Shown piece after piece: positions 59,869 to 64,000 of a stretch of 64,000 nucleotides of DNA (position 1 is the first letter of the stretch; the number at the start of each line of letters is the position of its first letter). The stretch comes from Malacoraja senta (lineage: Eukaryota). The stretch is from positions 27,530,001-27,594,000 of the forward strand of contig CM075987.1 in assembly GCA_038087875.1 (NCBI GenBank), read 5' to 3'. A program made the position numbers and the translations under genes. The notes beneath the pieces were generated by a model, which made no database searches, was not told the DNA's origin, and saw only the letters and a program-made list of their open reading frames with translations.

Positions 59869-59925
59869 GCCCGTGGAGCTGGTGCAGATGATATCCTGGA
59901 CATCTCAAAGTGTGAACTGCCTGAG
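59869..59925 (+). CDS. LRSAM1: E3 ubiquitin ligase LRSAM1, early coding exon (gene continues beyond window)
   Basis: 57-nt phase 0-0 exon (ggacag / gtaagc) encoding ARGAGADDILDISKCELPE; human LRSAM1 as I recall it has AKEAGADDILDISKCELSE near its N-terminus. Confidence 0.88.
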
Positions 59926-60512
59926 GTAAGCTGTGATAATAGGCCCTTAGAACATCATAAGCAATAGGAATAGAATTAGGCCATTCGGCCCATCAAGTCT
60001 ACTCCACCATTCAACCATGGCTCTCTGTCCTAACCTCATTTTCCTGCCTTCTCCCCATAACATCTGACACCCGTACTAATTAAGAATCTATCTATTTATG
60101 CCTTAAAACTATCTACTGACAGCCTCCACAGCCTTCTCTGGCAAAGAATTCCACAGATTCACCACCCTCTGACTAAGGACATTTCTCCTCATCTCCTTCG
60201 TAAAAGAACCTTTCATTTTGAAGCTATGACCTCTAGTCCTTGACTCTCCCACTAGTGGAAATATCCTCACCACATCCACTCTATCCAAGCCTTTCACTAT
60301 TCTATATGTTTCAATGAGATCCCCCCTCATTCTTCTAAACGCCAGCGAGTACAGGCCCAGTGTATGGATGCAACTACTAGTTCTTTGACTTTCATTGGCA
60401 CACCTTTGGTCCTCATGTTGATAAACAGCAATAAAAGTTTCCAAAGGTGATGGAAAGACTGGAGGAAAGACTAGGTGCTGAAAGCTCTCTTATACCTGCA
60501 TTAAGGAGGCAA

Positions 60513-63500
60513 TTCTTCTTCTTGTAGGATTCCGGCAGCGTAGACGCTGCTAAGCGTATTACTGCCCTCCACAGGTCAAAGTTCGAACTAAATTCTTACA
60601 TAGTCCTGTAACTTGCAGGAATTGAAGAACAGCCCTGGATATCAGTTGATGTTTCTCATTGTGTCCAAACAAAGATAAAACAGAAAAAGCCTCAACTCCA
60701 AGTCCTGTCAGTCTAACAAACAATACTTTTCTTTCTACCCTATACTTTTTACATTCTAGGAAAACATGCTTAACTGTCTCATTACTCCCACATTCACACA
60801 AGCCAGAAACATGTTTCCCTACAATGCACAAATAGTAATTTAACCCACAGTGTCCCAACCTCAATCTACACAGTTTAACTGAGTCCCTACGGGACAGAGA
60901 TGTACAGAAACATATTTTCCTAACTTCAGATTGTATAGAAAAGTAGTGTCTACCCCTGACTTCCATTTCCCATCCTCTCTGCCATTCTTTTGTTAAGCCC
61001 TCTTTAATTATTTCTCTCAGTTCCACTCTCCCCAATGATACATGGATATCTATTTCTCTTCTTAAACTCTCCTTTGCTATGAGGTCCACCTGCTCATCCC
61101 CCCTCACCCCAGCATGCCCGGGAACCCAGCAAAAAGTGATGTTACACGCAAACCCAATTCTAGAAAACACACTCAAGATTTCATTTAGAATGTCAGGACG
61201 AGCTTTAGATTTCCCTACTCTTAAAGTTTCAAGAGCAGTTGCAGAATCAAAACAGATAATGACTTCTCTAAAACTGGCTTCCTCAATCCACCATAGAGCC
61301 CATTGAATTGCCATTAATTCAGTCGTGAGAACAGAACTTCCATCAGAAATGCGCCGGCCAATCTTCAACCCAAGCTGCTCCACATACACTCCAAACCCAG
61401 CTCTCCCACTAACTGGATCTTTAGATCCATCTGTAAAAACAATCAAAGTACTCTCACTGATTGAATTAAGATATTCCACTATTCTTGGAGTCACCTCGCG
61501 CTTATCTTTTTCCTGAAGAAAAGCAAGCTCAATAAACAGTTTCAGGAAGAACCCAATAGGGCACAGGTAGCCTTATTGTATGCTCTATAATACCCCCTTG
61601 TTCCAAACCCAGCTTCCTAGCCCACTGATTTATAATGACAAAAAATGTGTTATATTTGTTACCATCATCAACCTCTTGCAACAAACACCTTGCTGGGAAG
61701 GTATCATTACACCCACAAAGTTTAGCCCAGTAATATAACCCTAGCTTAATGCGCCTTAACCATAAGGGCATTTCTCCCATTTCAACAATCAGGGCAGGGA
61801 CTGGGGAAGTCCTGAAGGCTCCACAGCAAAGCCTCAAAGCCTTTGCCTGCAACACATCTAGCCTAGCCAGAACAGTTTTAGACGCAGACCCATACACAAA
61901 ACACCCATAGTCAAGAGAAGATCTGATCATGGCCTGATAAATTAGCAGCATTGTCTCCCTGTTGGCCCCCCAGTCACACCCAACCAGACTTCTCATAACA
62001 TTCAGAACTTTTTCACACTTCAACACAATTTTACCTACATGAACAGCCCAAGTCATACGCTCTTCAAACCAAACACCCAAAAACTTAAAAACCTTTACCT
62101 TCTCCAATAGAGACCCATACATATACAGCCCTAACTTAGGTAACTTTCTTTTAAAACCAAATACCATATATTTAGTCTTGGAGGCAGAGATTTTAAAGCC
62201 CCATGTGTTCCCCCATTCCTCTACAGACACTAACACTCTTTGAATCTGTTTTAAAACAAACTCTACATTACAACCTCTTTTCCAGATGGCCCCGTCATCC
62301 GCAAACAAAGACAGACCAAATCCTCTCTCTAATTTACAAAATATGTCATTTATCATGATATTAAATAAAACTGGACTGATAACACTTCCCTGTGGGGTTC
62401 CATTCTCTATTTCTACAGACTCTGATCTGACACTACCAACCATTACTTGTATTGTTCTATTCAATAAAAAATCCTTAATCCAGTTGAACATTCGTCCCCT
62501 GATTCCCAAGTCAAAAATTTTAATCATTAATCCCTCCTTCCACAAAGAATCATATGCCTTCTCAATATCAAGGAATACACTCACTACTGTTTCCTTGCTT
62601 CTAAATGCCCTTTTAATATCCTGATCCAAAACTGATACAGACTCCATTGTAGACCTTCCATTCCTAAAGCCATTCTGTACATCAACAAATAGTCCTCTGG
62701 TTTCTAAAAAATAAACTAGTCTGTTGGTTACCATCCTCTCCATAATTTTACAGAGCACTGCTGTGAGCGCTATAGGGCGATATGAACTAGGGTCAGATGC
62801 CTCTTTGCCCGGTTTTAAAATAGGGACCATGACTGCATGTTTCCATTCCTTTGGTAAATAACCCTCTGCCCACACAGTATTAAACAAAGCTAAGATTTCA
62901 TCAAGTACAATATCATCCAGATGTTTAAATAACTCATACGACAACCTATCTCTCCCCGGGGTGGTATTTGCCCCAGACATAATTGCATCCTTCAACTCTT
63001 TTATGGTAAAAAACAGATTAAAGGTATTATCATTTACTAAACTCCTCTCCAGCTTCCACTGATTAACTGCCATCATCTCGGTTCTCTTTCTACACGTCTC
63101 CACTCCCATGCTCTCTGATCTATGCACTGCTTGAAAACTGTCAACACACATGTCTGCTTTTTCCTTATTGGTGACTGCTACCACCTCACCCTTCTGCAAC
63201 ACTGGTAACAAACTTATTTTATATACTCCTGACATTCTACGCACAGCTGACCACAAATGCCTTACTGGAGTTTCCGGGCCTAGCGTACCACAAAACTTCC
63301 TCCAACTATTCCTCTTTGCATCCTTTACAACTCGTCTTGCTACTGCCCTTAGCCGCTTGTACTCCATTGCATTGACCAAAATTGGATACTTTCTTAATTT
63401 TCGATAGGCTATATTCCTATTCCTTACAGCTTCATCACATTCTTTATTCCACCAAGGAACAGACATACGGGACCTAAGTTCCTGCTTCACAGGAATAGTA

Positions 63501-64000
63501 CAACAAGCTGCCTCATGAATCATGAGACTAATGGAAGTATTCCAACTATCTACAGAACCCTCACTATTAACCTCTCCAACTAAACTTTGAGCCTTCTCTT
63601 GGAATTTATCCCATTTGGCCTGATAAAAGTTATATCTAGGGACTTTCTTTTCCACTTCTCTCCTCAAATCCCTACCAAACCTACATAAAATTGGATAATG
63701 ATCACTACCCAGTGTATATCTATCCATTACATCCCATTCACCAATTCTTGCTAAATTTGATGAAGCAATTGATAAATCTATGTGGCTGCAGGTGTTTCTC
63801 ACAATATTATACCTAGACGGCCACCCATCATTTAACAATACCAACTCATACTTGTCTAGAAATTCTTCAACAATAACACCATTTTTATCCCTGTGATCAC
63901 TACCCCATAAAGGATTATGCGCATTAAAATCTCCAATCCATATAACAGGACACCTTACCTTCTCCATTATCTCATCAAAATCTGACAATATCAAGGGTTG
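60513..64000 (-). mobile_element. I-group (Nimb-like) LINE with APE endonuclease, RT, RNase H and C-terminal zinc knuckle; runs off window
   Basis: ORF 61529-63994 (GDFNAH, SDHYPI, YRPIALT, FLDIEKAYD, GTPQGS, LFADD). ORF 60559-61494 (FTDGSK, TTELMAI, WVPGHAGVRG, RLRLGH, CECG...ETVKHVFLEC). 3' (AAG)n tail at 60513-60523. Confidence 0.93.

Overview
Eukaryotic, repeat-rich vertebrate DNA. The repeat content (CR1/HER1-type LINEs, V-SINE/HE1-like SINEs, Penelope and Rex1/Babar remnants) points to a cartilaginous fish such as a skate or ray. Reading splice sites and exon phases by hand gives three + strand genes, each starting at a CpG island. (A) An unrecognised gene of about 390 aa (CDS 6662-27820), with a run of seven 48-57 nt phase-0 micro-exons. 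(B) A C9orf43/DUF4647-like gene (CDS 36274-53866, 11 coding exons, about 642 aa) ending in an acidic ~32-aa tandem-repeat tail. (C) The 5' end of LRSAM1 (exon ARGAGADDILDISKCELPE at 59869-59925). A possible terminal exon of an upstream gene lies at 1884-2032. Promoters A and B contain minisatellite-multiplied transcription-factor sites: 5x GGTCACGTG E-box plus GC-box in A, and 3x RFX X-box in B. Promoters B and C are also preceded by longer tandem arrays. More than 15 Penelope-derived repeats carry a minimal hammerhead-ribozyme core, several as head-to-head palindromes. There are also two near-identical young CR1 copies, nested insertions, and an almost intact RNase H-containing I/Nimb-like LINE inside LRSAM1. 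Two 200-N assembly gaps are present. All gene models are manual and unverified by transcripts or database searches.
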